Positions 42,025 through 55,854 of a stretch of 64,000 bases of DNA are shown piece after piece (the first letter of the stretch is position 1; the number at the start of each line of letters is the position of its first letter). The translations under genes were made by a program, and so were the position numbers. The notes below the pieces were generated by a model. The model had not been told where the DNA came from and made no database searches. It saw nothing but the letters and a program-made list of their open reading frames with translations. This DNA is from Paramecium tetraurelia (lineage: Eukaryota), in NCBI GenBank assembly GCA_000165425.1, contig CT868660.1:124001-188000 (forward strand). The letters are read 5' to 3'.

Positions 42025-44536
42025 ACTGTCTCTAGTTTAACCTGTTATTAATATAATACACTCTTATGCTATTATTTGATTTCAGATTGAGTTAATCAAT
42101 ACATAATGTTTGATTGAATTAACAATTTTATTTATATTATGATATTGCTAGAGTATTAATAAGAATGAAGTTAAGATTGCGATGCTCCACAATATTCATG
42201 AATGATAATAATATAAAAATATCAGGAATTATGTATTTTATTCAGTTCGGCCTTAAGGGACAACAATAATAGTTGTTAAATAGCAGCATCTAATACAAGT
42301 TCTAAATATAAACGTACTTTTACCTCCATCAGAATCAGCAAGAGTGGATGATTAATTCAATCCATATAAATTGTTTAATCTTAAGGCAGTCAATGTTGAG
42401 CATAATCTAAATTAGCTATTTACAGATTAATTAACTCTAAAATTAACTATTGCATTTTACAATCTTATTGCAATCTTAATTTATTAAGTTTGAACAGTTG
42501 AAAAGCTAACGAATTATTTTGCAAAAGCAAAGAATCCCCGCATTTTAAATTTAATTTATATAAATAAATTTAATGTTAAACTCTAAAAAAATGAATAATT
42601 TTGAGTTTCAACTTGAAGATAAGCCAACTAGTTTTTTATAAAAATATAAAGTAACCATAGCCTTTTGTTTTCTTATTTAATTACTATCATATTGATACTA
42701 AATTTAAGTTCAATCTAATTATATAAATCCTTATATGCAAAAATTTAAAATCAAGAAATTTTCATTTCATAATAACAAATGATTGCCCTATTACATTTAA
42801 AATATCATTAAGCAATATATAAACCTATCATAGTGGCTTTATTTAAAATTAAGATATTTAAAGTAATAGATTTTGATAATATAAATGTGTTACATCTAAT
42901 CTAAAATAATTTTTCTATTAAAAGATTAAAGTTTCTTTTAAACAATTAAAAAAGTTGAAACTCTCAAAATAAATTGAAATTAATAATTATTATAAAAAGA
43001 ATAAATAAATCTGTTGTTTCAGGTTCTACTTAAGAAAGATCATTATTCATTTTAATATCTACATTAAAAATCTATTTATTAGCATTAAGTTTTATATAAA
43101 TTCAGTAAACGTTCCTTTTCCTTAAATGTATTATAGAAGTTAATATTCAAACAAAGAATATAAAATTAACTTATTTAAGTTGTTGATATTAAATAAGCTG
43201 ATTCAGTTCATTTTTTTCAAACTATCTCCTTTGGAAGGTCAAATCAGGAGATTGAATAATAATTAAAAAAACGTTTTACAGTTGTAAATTTTGCAAATCA
43301 ACACAATCAAGAAAAGATCATATCCTATTTTCACACTGCTTAAAATACGAGGCAACTATTTGCTTAAATGATCCTTCTGATCATTCCATAATTAAAGCTC
43401 TAACTACAATAAAAGCACAGAAAACAAAAATTAACATTCAAATAACTTTTAATTAACCAATGCATTTAAATTGAATCAGAAGCTTGCTAACTTTTATAAA
43501 GAATTGACTTCTTGGTATAAATATCAGAGCACAACTAACAATTAGATTCTCCATAGGTTTTTAAAAGTCAGAATTACCCTAACCAAACAATAGGACTCTT
43601 TGGGTAATATTTAAAAACAAAACTTCACGAATGAGCAGAAATTTTCAAAAATTTGGAAAGAAGAAACTGAGTCTATAAGTAGATGAAACTATCACAATTC
43701 TTAACCCAAAGAAAAAGGAAGTTAGGATATGGAAAGTGGATAGTTCAATATTAGAACTTAAACTAATATTTTAATTTTTGAATATTTTTCTAATGAAAGT
43801 TTCATTCAGTTCTTTCCTAAGCTATGTCAAAACTTGACATAGTTGGATAACATTTGTAATATTTTTAAAAAATCATATCTACAGGAAATGAAAATTTAAT
43901 AAGTTAAAGGATAGATTGAATTAATTACCTTTTGACAGCCAAATATTTGGAGAGACCCAGACTTGTTATATCAATGACTGAAGACTATAATCTAATTTTA
44001 AATTTGATAAAATAAGAAGGGTTGGTTATAAATATCATTCAAAATTTTTCAAATTTGATGAGAATAAATTATTATGAAAATCGATATTGAAAAGAATTTC
44101 TATTAATTAAGAAGATAATAATTTTTTTCATCAAATTATTGATGTAGTTTTGTGAAAATAGCTCTGTCAACCGGTTAGGTATATCAAAAATAATAAAATG
44201 AGGTTTCATTGATAATTTTTCTTAAATTCGAAGATTTAATACACTTTAAGGATTAATTCAGCAAAAATAAGCATATCAATTAAATAAAGCATTAAACATA
44301 GGTGATTTATTTATTCCGAAAAAAATCAAAAATTAAAGCTATGAGAATAATAAATGTATGATTACAAAAATTTGGATAGTTTTTGTTGTTTAAATTTGTA
44401 ATGGCAGAAAAATTGTTATTAAATAGAAAAAATTTGATAAGTCAATAGAAATGAAGATTCCTTTACTTAGAAAAGCTCAAAAAATATAAACTATTATAAT
44501 GAAAAAGGTGTAACTTAATTATCAATAAGTACATAG

Positions 44537-46701
44537 CTATTACTTTATTGAAAATTAATAGATTTGAAGAAGCATTAGAATATTTTGAATTAGCTATTTA
44601 GAAAAACCCTGCAAATTCAGAAAATTATAAATAAAAAGGTACATTAATTTTTGTATTCAATCTTAGCTGATATTTTACATAAAATTAATAGATTTTAAGA
44701 AGCATTATTAAATTATTAGTTAGCTATATAAAAAAATCCTGAAGATTCAAACTATCTTAATTGTAAAGGTACTATTCTGTCCTTATGCATAATTAGCTTT
44801 GACTTCATAAAATGAATAGATTAGAAGAAGCATTATAAAATTATGATTTAGCTATATAGAAAAATTCTGAAGATTCAAACTACTATAAAAATAAAGGTAA
44901 AATTATCTCATAAAATTCCTATAGCTGATACTTTAGATAAAATGAATAGATTAGAAGAAGCCTTATAAAATTATGATATAGCAATAGATAAAAACCCTGA
45001 AGATTCAAGATACTTTAATAACAAAGGTACAATTTAACATGTATACATAATTAGCTTTGACTTTAGATAAAATGAATAGATTGGAAGAAGCATTATAAAA
45101 TTATGACTTAGCTATATAGAAAAATTCTGAAGATTCAAACTACTATAAAAATAAAGGTACAATTATCTCATAAAATTCCTATAGCTGACACCTTAGATAA
45201 AATGAATAGATTAGAAGAAGCCTTATAAAATTATGATATAGCAATAGATAAAAACCCTGAAGATTCAAGATACTTTAATAACAAAGGTACAATTTAACAT
45301 ATATACATAATTAGCTTTGACTTTAGATAAAATGAAGAGATTTGAAGAAGCATTATAAAATTATGAGTTAGCTATATAGAAAAATCCTGAAGATTCAGAC
45401 TACTATAATAATAAAGGTAGAATTATCTCTTAAAATTCCTATAGCTGATATTTTAGATAAAATGAATAGATTGGAAGAAGCCTTATAAAATTATGATATA
45501 GCTATAGATATATATCCTGAAGGTTCAAACTATTTTCATAACAAAGGTACTATTCTATCTCTATACATAATTAGCTTTGACTTTAGATAAAATGAATAGA
45601 TTGGAAGAAGCATTATAAAGTTATGAGTTAGCTATACAAAAAAATCCTGAAGATTCAAACTATTATAAAAGTAAAGGTAAAATTCACTCTTAAAATTGTT
45701 ATAGCTGATACTTTAGATAAAATGAATAGATTGGAAGAAGCATTATAGAATTATGAGTTAGCTATAGAGAAAAATCCTTAAGAATCAAATTATTTTTATT
45801 GTAAAGGTACTATTCTGTATGTATACGTTATTAGCTTTGACTTTAGATAAAATGAAAAGATTTGAAGAAGCATTAGAAAATTATGATTTAGCTATATAGA
45901 ATAATCCTGAAGATTCAGACTTTTATAAAAATAAGGGTAAAATATTTTCTCCTAGCTTATTATAGCTGATACTTTAAATAATATGAATAGATCAGAGGAA
46001 GCTTTAGAATATTAAGATACAGCTATTTAGATAAACCCTCTAAGCGCAGAACTTTATAATGACAAAGGTAAATATATACATCCTTTAATCTTAGCTAATA
46101 CTTTAGATAAATTGAACAGATTTGATGAAGCTTTGAAATATTATGATTTAGCAATTTAGAAAGAGTATGAAGAGTCAATATATTATAATAATAAAGGTAA
46201 ACTTACACTATCGAACAAAATAGCTTTAGTTTTAAATAAAATGAATAGATTTGAAGAAGCTTTAGAATATTAGGATACAGCTATTCAGAAAAACCCTGAA
46301 AAAGCATACTTCTTTCAATGCAAAGGTATAGAATCATGATAATTTTATAGCATAAACTTTAGTTAATTTGAATAGATTTGATGAAGCTATAGAATATTAT
46401 GATTAGACTATTTAGAGAAATCCTTTAAATGCGGCAAATTATAATCGCAAAGGTAATATGCACATCATTTAATCTTAGCTAATACTTTATATAAATTGAA
46501 TAGATTTGAAGAAGCTTTGAAATATTATGATTTAGCAATTTAGAAAGATTCTGAAGAGTCAATATATTATAATAATAAAGGTAAAATTTATACTATCGAG
46601 AAAAAATAGCTTTGGTTTTAGATAAATTGAATAGATTTGATGAAGCGTTCTAGTATTATGGTCTAGCAAATCAAAAAAAATAAACTCTAAAGTTTAATTG
46701 A
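44537..46701 (+). repeat. Tandem TPR exon array (17 TPR exons); probably a pseudogenising TPR gene
   Basis: Units of about 130 bp: a 102-nt exon (ADTLDKMNRLEEALQNYDIAIDKNPEDSRYFNNK) plus a 25-29-nt GT..AG intron. One exon is 100 nt and the 5' end is degenerate. Confidence 0.93.
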
Positions 46702-47911
46702 ATACTTTTATTTACATAAAATGCATTCAACAACTTATTTATTTCTTTTCTTTTCTAAACTTTTAATTATTATCATAATTTCTAATTGGTTATTTAGTTT
46801 AGAAGCATTCCAAAATAGGTATCCCAAATTTATCTTCTTTTATATTTTTTCACATTTTATATTTCAAGTAGTTAGTTTTCATTCATTTTGGAGAAATTAT
46901 CATTTAAATTTCGTTTTCTTTTATGAAGGAGTCAACTTGCTTATTCTTTAATCATTTATGAAAGTCTAACATTACAATTTAGGTACTTTTGTTCATATTT
47001 TTTTATTTTAATCTAAATATGAACCCTTCCAAGCAAAATTGTCTGCTCTTCAAGTATATAATAAATAAAATTTGAATTTTTAAACAAGCCTCAATTATTT
47101 ATAAATGATTAAGTTAAATTAATGAGAAACAAACTTTTAGTGTTTGAATTAATAAAAACGGATATCAAAAATCGATGGATGATATTAAAACTACAAATTA
47201 TACAGATTATTTTTTAATTTATCTTAGTTTATGTTTATTGGAAAATTCTTACCTAAGTTTTGTGCTCTAATGCTTAAGGTAATATACAAGTATATGAAAA
47301 ATAATTTGATTTTGGTATTTTAAGATATTGAAACGTTTTACTGGTTTTATAAATTCAATTACAATTTCAATATTGGCATAAACTCCACACATAACTGTAT
47401 ACTTAACTTTAAGGGAAGACTTTTTAAAGGTTATTCTCACAAAAAAAAAGAAAAATTTCTGCCAGTTGCTGTCAAAAAAAAAATTATAGAATCATTGTAA
47501 ATATGATTATTTTTGTTTTTAAACGGGAGTAAGTAGAAAGAGAATCGTATCTGATAGTTGTCAAATAGGTATTTCTGGTAATTTAAACTGTATTTAAAGT
47601 ATTTTATTGTTTTAATTGAGTGCTTTAATATTTCCCTTTTTTCTTATTTTGTGGAAGAAGAAAGGATGTTGATTTTTGATTATAAGGGCTGAATACTTCT
47701 TAAATTTTGATATTTTTTCAATTATAAAAAATACTAAGTAAACTTAACATATACAAGTTGTATAATTTGTTATCGAAGTTTCTCTCAAATTATAATAATT
47801 TTAATAAGATTTTGATCTTCTTCATACATGTTGATCTTTAAAAGATATCATCTCAGAGAATGTATTTTGCAAAGAACTCTATTTAAAATATAATAAAGAA
47901 TATAATTTCAA

Positions 47912-48558
47912 TCAACTTTGATATATTTTGCATTCATTACTGCAGGTAAAAGTTCTTTATTCACAATAAAATCAGGGTTACGATGAAGGTACTACAATTA
48001 CATATCCATAATTATAGGAAATACATATTCCATTTTTTATACAGTTTTTTCGTAGACATCTTTTGGTCTTGAAATAGTTGCAATATCAATTTCTTTGGAT
48101 GAGGTGAGTCCATAAATATTCGGACACTATATCAATACCTTTCTACCGCATTGTAGCAGATCAATTTATCTTATCAATATTCAATTATGATTTACATCAA
48201 GAGTCGTTAATATTGTGTTTATACATTTCTCATTGAACGAAATGTAATGCCTAAGATCCCTAAGTAGAAAAGAATTCCAATAAATGATCTATTTTAGAAA
48301 TTGTATAATTTTTTGGCACTAAAATATGTAACATATCCTCCAAAGGCAGTAATCAATATGTAGTAATTTCTAACTCTATTAAAAAGCTAGCTTTCGTAAA
48401 GAGTGCTTCTGCCCTAAAATTATTGTTAATTGTACATTAAAGAAATTTAATGGGTTTTATGGATGATATAACTCTTCCGCATCAGGCCCAAAATCCTTTG
48501 AGTGTTAGGTACAATTATATATAATTTTAGAGATGTTTCTTAATGTTTTTGAATACAT
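47912..48558 (-). CDS. Probable two-TM mitochondrial membrane protein (TMEM70/186/223-like architecture)
   Basis: Presequence-like start MYSKTLRNISK, two hydrophobic helices, then IDLLQCGRKVLI. Family is inference. Confidence 0.5.
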
Positions 48559-48682
48559 TTATAAAGATTATTTTCTCCTTAAATTAAAATTTATTAAGAA
48601 TTTTTGATGAAAGAAAAACCTTTTATAATTATAATACTTACGTACAATGAGATTAATTAAAATTAATAATTATATATAAATT

Positions 48683-49998
48683 ATGTCGAGTCTTAAGTCT
48701 TCATTTACAGTAGGAATATTTTAGTCTTTAAGTTTTTGCGGGTTGAGATAGAAGATTTTAAAAAATATTGCCTTTTAACCACCGAAAGTGAGTTACTCTT
48801 TGAAACCGAGATCAGACGATTAGATGACAAAGAGTACCTTAACAAATACTTCCTCACTATAAGTTATTGACATAGATAATGAGATGCGATAGAAATCTAA
48901 ATCCTATGATGATGAAAACATTCATCAATTGGGCTTGTTAGATTTGGCAGACGAGCTCCTGTAGTTTACAAGTGAATCCTTAAGCCCATTGCGAGAGAAG
49001 TAAGGATAATAATATTAAAATAGAATAACCGAACCCGCTTATGACTTTTATTTAATTGATGAACAAGGTTAAGAAATTCCAATTCCCAAATAAGAAAATT
49101 TAGAACTGACTGGATATTTCTTAAAAGGAAGGAAAGGACATCGAATTGCTTCTCTATACATAAAGTGTTTATTTCCAATGAGTGATTACGTGATGTTGTT
49201 CAGCCATGGAAATGCCAGTGATTTAGGTTACATGATTGATACATTAATTGGTAATTATTATAGTTGAAATTCTTTAAGACCTTTGCAACAATTTAAGAAT
49301 AAACATATTTGCTTATGAGTATTCAGGCTACGGACTTTCACAAGGCAAATGCACAGATCTCAATATCATCAATAACATCTAAGTGGCTTATGATTTTTTG
49401 GTTTCATAAATGAAGTTTGATCCAACGAAAATAATTGTTTATGGTTATAGCATTGGATCAGGACCCAGCGTAATGTTAGTATCTGATATTGAATTCCCGG
49501 TTGGTGGTTTGGTAGTACATTCTGGTCTAAGTTCAGGGTTGAGAGTAGTAAATAGCAAGTTAAAGTCAACTCCATTTTATGATATCTTTCCAAATGTAGA
49601 TAGAATAAAGGATGTCACGTGTCCTGTATTTATAATGCATGGGAAAGAGGATGAGGTAATTGATTTGCATAATGCCACTTTATTGTCTAACAATTGTCAA
49701 AGATTGTATGAATATTGGGAAGTTGAAAATATTGGACATTAAGGAATTGACACAAATGATGAGCATCGCAAAAATTATTTCTATAAATTAAGGGATTTCA
49801 TTAAATGTATATTTAGAATTTATAACATCAGTAATTCAAAAGGAGAATCAAACAATCAAGGAACTCAAACAAAGAAACACTGCTAGTCCTAAATCAAATG
49901 GGTAGTATAACCATTACTATGATAATAAGATAAGGGAGTTTCATTTAAATTGTAAGAAGGTCGAAGATTCTGATTCTCCTTCGAAAAAATTTCGTTGA
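48683..49998 (+). CDS. Alpha/beta hydrolase, ABHD17-like
   Basis: IAFQPP, FSHGNASDLG, YEYSGYG, GYSIGSG, MHGKEDEVI, NIGH. Confidence 0.92.
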
Positions 49999-50083
49999 TT
50001 TTTGTTATAATCAAAATTTTTGAATATAATTAATTTTGTTTATGAATATATTAAATTAAAAGTGAATTAATATATAGATTTGA

Positions 50084-51410
50084 TCAATATCTATGATGAC
50101 TGGAATCTCTGGTTTTATTGGGTACTTTTGTAAATGCGATGGGTTTAGTATGTTAATTAAAATAGTTTTATTATTTGAGTTTATTTTGGTTCATTAACTT
50201 AACTTGATTAGTGTCATAAACATCCACAGATATGTTCATCTTATTAGTAGAAATAGACCTTTCTATGAATGCTGATCTCTAAGTTTATAGAACCTATTGG
50301 AATCTCTATTGAATATTGGTTATTTTTTGTTTAGGGGAAATGGACATTATTCTATTGTCTAAAATGATAATATTAGTACCATCAAAGGTTGAGGATCTCT
50401 CTTTATTATTGAAACTGTTGAGATCAATCAATTTGATTGGAATTGGATGATCTTTAAATATTATTTTTTGTTTGATTCTTTGACCAACACTTAATAATTG
50501 TTGATTTAACCAACTCATCACTTTATCAACCAAAGTAAAGTCTCTTGTTTCATTGTGATCCTAATTGGTGTAATAGATTGTCTTGATTCCTTAGTAGTGA
50601 TTAAATAGTTTTTCAGTTTATTCATGCGAGACTATTGAATCAATCTTTGAAGTGATAAAAAAGGCAGGTATTTTTATAAGCTTTATATTATTTAAACTAG
50701 AAATATTATTATATTATGATTACCAATTGATCTCATTCATTGTAAAACCGCATTGATTTTTGATTTCATCAGACACATAGGAGGATAGAGAGTTCAAAAT
50801 GAAATTTGGAATTTTGGTTCTTTTTGAAGCCATCTGCACTACAATCTCAAATAGGAAAATTTGAATACATCTTACAAACAAATAAAGGGACTATCAAGAA
50901 CCATGCATTTTACAAAAACATTTTGGAATTACTGCATATACAGCAAAGCAACTACAGAACCCATAGATCTTCCCCATAAAACAATAGATTTAGCATATTG
51001 ACTTATGTGTGTGATAACAGTCTGCAAATCATAGATTTCTCTATAACCATAGGTAACTTGATTGCCATCCGATATGCCACTGCCAGTAAAATCAAAAGTA
51101 AGAAACATGTAATTTTAATTCAAGATCTCATTCACATATCTTAAGGCTTCTAATCTACATCCATTGGCTGAATGTAAATAAATGATGCAAACATCACTTT
51201 AAACATTACCTTAAAATAGTGATACTTTTATCCTCTGTTGACAATGATTCACTAAATCGAAATCATTTCTGGTGTATGTTTAATCTTAAATAGGGCCTAA
51301 ATGATTGATTGATAATATTGAATACCTAAATCATACTGTTGATATTCAGCTCTGAGGGGCCGAATGATTTATGCACAAATTTAGTTAATTCCATTTTGAA
51401 AATATTTCAT
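50084..51410 (-). CDS. Alpha/beta hydrolase
   Basis: IIRPLRAEY..DLGP, IYLHSANGCR, FDFTGSGISDG, WGRSMGS. Confidence 0.88.
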
Positions 51411-51433
51411 TAATATTATTATACTGTTAGATA

Positions 51434-51832
51434 ATGATATCATAACAACTCCATAAATAGCAACTCTAATTTCAATAGTAACAAATCACTCCAACAATGC
51501 ACTTGAAGGGGATCTTATAGGAATTGCCCAAAGAAACACTCTTCCAAAAATACATGAAAAGTAGACTCAATAAGAAGTAGAATCAGAATCTAAATAAATC
51601 GCCTGAACTATTACCTTTGTAGCCTAAAAATATTATTAACCAAACCACTTATATCATAAAAAATAAATAATGCTCCCTGAATAAAAAAGTCAAGAAATAT
51701 CTCACAGAGGTTGATAGCATAAGTACAACAAAGGTAGTCTAGAGAAAGAATCCATTTATCAAAAAAAAAAAGAGCGAAAATTGGAATGACCTTGATGGCT
51801 GGAATGTAATTGATGAAACATTTTATTAATGA
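51434..51832 (+). CDS. Small hypothetical protein
   Basis: Intronless 132-aa frame ending DLDGWNVIDETFYQ*. Confidence 0.55.
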
Positions 51833-52043
51833 CCAACTTCATACTAATGCTATAAGTTACATTTATATGCAATCTTTTGCTTTGATATTTATTAACAAAT
51901 AAAATATTCGTAATTATGAATTCAAAGAAGGACTCCCTATACTTCATGATGTTTCTCATCTCATTCATTGAGTAACCAGAAATCCTAAATCTTCATAATT
52001 TATTAATTATATACATTTATTTGAAAAATAATTATAGACATCA

Positions 52044-54681
52044 ATGGGCAATATTTGTCGATAAAATCCAATTATTGATAAAGAAAACAATGAAGTCAAT
52101 ACGTCCCAACCCCCAGCTGTTCAATAGGTAGTGGCCCCAAAACCAGAAGAGGTGAAGACTGATGTCCCTCAGATGCAAGTTTAACAAGAGAAGTAAGAAG
52201 AATAGAACATACAAAATGATTAACCGAAGCAAGAAAATGAAGTATAATCTAAAATAACCTTATGTTAGCCCAAAAGAAAAGAGTAAAAAAAGATGGCTAA
52301 AATTGCTGCTGTTATTGATTAGGAGGTCATATACGAAAATGTATAAAAGTAAGAAAAAATCAAAAGTCCCTTCGATTATCAATTATTATTGAATGCTTTT
52401 AGTAACAGTTTTATTTTTGGTTAATTGCAACCTGAGGACAAGTATGATCAAATTTTATGTCAAGAGTTAAAGTTATTGAAACTATGTTTTACTGCACAGT
52501 CCATGATGGTTAAATGGTTTTTAAGTAAGGTGACAAAGCAAGTTCTTACTTTTTGATCGAGAGAGGCCAATGTCAAATCATCATCAATAATGAAGTTAAG
52601 AAAACACTTAAATCAGGCGAAGCTTTTGGAGAATTGGCTTTACTTTACAATGCTCCAAGATCAGCATCTGTCAAGGCTGTAGGAGGTAAATCATCCTCAT
52701 TATGAATCATAGACTGTGCATTCTGGGCTATTGATAGAAATACTGTAAGAAAGGCTATTGAATCAATATAGTAAAGAGATTATGAGCAGAATAAAGAATT
52801 CATAAATAAAGTGTAGTTTTTTGGTAATCCATTATTTCATCTGTAGAATCTTTAACCGATGACTAAAAAGCAGCAATACCATCTGCTCTGATTAATCTCA
52901 ACTTTAAAGCAGGCGAAATTATTGTTAATGAGGGGGATTAAGCAGACTCTTTCTTCATTATAAAAAAAGGAGAAATCTAGATATCCAGAGGAGGCAAGGA
53001 ACTACGAATAATGAAGGCTGGAGACTCCTTAGGAGAACAAGCACTTCAGTCAAATTCTGTAAGAGGAGCTACTGCTAAAGCCATTAAAGAAGATGTGGTA
53101 GTTTTAGCATTAGCAAGGGATGATCTGACAAGAATCCTAGGAGACAAGATTTAATTCATCATGTATAGCAATCTAGAGAGATGGGCATTTGAAAGACATC
53201 CTATACTTAATAAATTAACTAAATTGTAAGTTGAAAGAATTGTTAGCAATATGTAATAAGTTTAAAAGAAGGCAGAGGAATCTATCATTGAAAAAGGGTA
53301 GTCTTGCAGAGAAATTATTATTGTATTATAAGGGTCTGTAAAATATGGTAAAGAAGTTTTTGAGAAGGGATAAATGTTTGGTGATAAATTCTTGGATTAA
53401 GGAGAGAATGTTAAATTGGGAGAACCTGTTGTAATGAAGGATGATGGAATAATTGCTGTTATTACTTTTAAACAATTCTTTGAGATTATTGGAGGTTCTT
53501 TAGAGTAGATCTTTGCTAAAAATGAAAAAGCTCATGATAGATTTATTAAGAAAGAAGATGGGCAAAAATAAGATGTTTATAAGCACTTTGAATTAGATTA
53601 ATTGATATCTGTTAAGAAATTGGGTTAAGGATAATTTGGTAATGTCTATTTAGTTTACAATAAATTGGATAAAAAGACATATGCTCTTAAGTGCATTTCA
53701 AAAGCTTAAATAATTGAATAGAATCTGGAAAAACATTTAGCTTAAGAAAAGATTGCTTTGGAAACTGTAAATTTCCCTTTGATTATGCATTTTGCGAGGA
53801 GCTTTAAAGACAACACATATATTTATTTCTTAGAAGAATATATTAGAGGAATGGAATTATTTGATGTTATTAGAGATATTGGATTGCTTAATACATATGA
53901 CTCTCAATTCTATGTTGGATCATTGATATTATGCATGGAATATTTGCATCTCAATAATATTATTTACAGAGACATTAAACCTGAGAATATCATGATAGAT
54001 GAAAAAGTAATTTGATTTTATTATAAATTAGGGATTTATGAAACTAATTGATTTGGGTACTGCCAAAAATCTAAAAAGCAAAAATGGTAGAACTTATACT
54101 ATTATTGGTACTCCGCATTATATGGCTCCTGAGATTTTAACAGGAAAAGGATACACATACTCAGTAGATTTATGGTCTATTGGCATATGTCTCTATGAGT
54201 TTATGTGTGGTAATGTACCTTATGCTGAAGATGCAGATGACCCGTAATTAATTGTAATTATTATTTAGCTATGAAATTTACGAAGAAATTCAAAAGAAAT
54301 CCCTGGCTTTCCCTTCAGTATTAAAAGACAGAAAAGCGAAGAAACTGATAGAATAATTATTAAGCAAGACTCCTGAGTTGAGACTTGGTTCATCATATGC
54401 AAGTCTAAAAAATAATTCCTTTTTTGAAAGATTTGATTATGTAAATACAATATTAACAAAATTAGGATAGTTTGATAAATAGAGAACTCAAACCTCCCTA
54501 TTTGCCTCCTAAAAATAAATTACATAGTGACAAGGATATATAGAAAGCAATATAAGTTGGAAAGTTGATCTCTGAAGAAATAAAAGTATATTATTGATTA
54601 AAATAGAATGATCCTGCTACTGCGTCAAATGTATATAGGCCAGAAAAAGCACGTGATCCAAATTGGGATAAGGAGTATTGA
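52044..54681 (+). CDS. PKG: cGMP-dependent protein kinase
   Basis: MGNIC start; cNMP domains (FGELALLYNAPRSAS, GEQAL..SVRGAT); kinase GQGQFG, YRDIKPEN, DLG, GTPHYMAPE; C-terminal NWDKEY*. Confidence 0.93.
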
Positions 54682-54746
54682 TTTTCGAATTATCTTTTAA
54701 ATAATAATTTATAAACTTAAATAGTTAGTTAGTTAATAATATAATA

Positions 54747-55813
54747 TCAATTGTTCCATTTAAGCAGTTTTCCATCAACCCATTCTCCTTCTTTCAAAAT
54801 TTTGTTTGTTCCTTTGTATTAACCCTTTCCGTGTTGTTTACCATCCTTCCAATGTCCTTTGTATACTCTTCCATCTGGCCAATAGAATTCTCCATAACCT
54901 TCCTTCTTATCATTCACATAGCCACCAACATAACGTCTTTATATTTTACTTAATAGATTACCTTCCATCTGACCAACTAAAGACTCCATGACCATCCATT
55001 TAGTTATCCTTCCAGTCTCCTTCATATTCTCTATTATCTGCCCAAATGTAATGTCCTTTTCCATGAATATTGTTATTAATGAATTCTCCAACGTATGAAC
55101 TACCATCTGGCCAACTAAATTTTCCATGTCCATGTTTCATACCATTAGTATAAGTTCCTTCAAACATAGAACCATCAGCCCATTTTTCTAATCCATTGCC
55201 ATGTTATTGGTCTTCGTACCATTCCCCTTTATAAAATGCTCCATCCTTATGACTATATACACCAAACCCATGGGCTTTGTCATTTAACCATTTTCCTTCA
55301 TAGAGATCCCCATCTGAATGAATCAGTCTTCCATCACCATTGGCTTTGTCTTGTAACCAATATCCTTCATAAATAGAACCATCAGCCCAAAATTACTTTC
55401 CTCTTCCATGTCTGAATCCATTCTTCCATTGTCCATAGTAAAAGACACTGGGTTCTATTTCGACTGGTCCATAGAAGGGTAGTGATTTAAATTCAAACGG
55501 TTCATTTTGATCGTAATTAAATGGTTATAACTAATCTATTAAAGTCTTAGTAAATGTATTGGTAAAGTCAGGAATTGAATCTAATTTCTTTAAGTCTTGT
55601 CTAGAATTATTATATTATTATCAACCTAATATGCTATTATACAATGAAACTAGCATTCTGAGATTTAACAGTACTCTATGATAATTTACTTTTCTAAGTC
55701 AATTATTGAACATTCTCTTGATCATCCAAGTTTGGTTTATTCTTAAATGGTCTCATTTATTCTCCTGCATGTTCATAAATTGATGGATCGTCACATGTAG
55801 CACAATTTCCCAT
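54747..55813 (-). CDS. MORN-repeat protein with N-terminal acylation motif
   Basis: Begins MGNCATC; repeats such as [14 protein letters not shown] and [14 protein letters not shown]. Confidence 0.92.
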
Positions 55814-55854
55814 AGAAATTAAAAATAACAGCAAAAAATATTAATTAAAATAAT

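Noticed and set aside
44537..46701. CRISPR-like repeat/spacer periodicity
   Set aside because: The long unit encodes a TPR and the short variable unit is a GT..AG intron; eukaryotic context with no cas genes.
48683..51410. Two adjacent convergent alpha/beta hydrolases as a functional cluster
   Set aside because: Different subfamilies of a large family; adjacency alone is not evidence of linkage.
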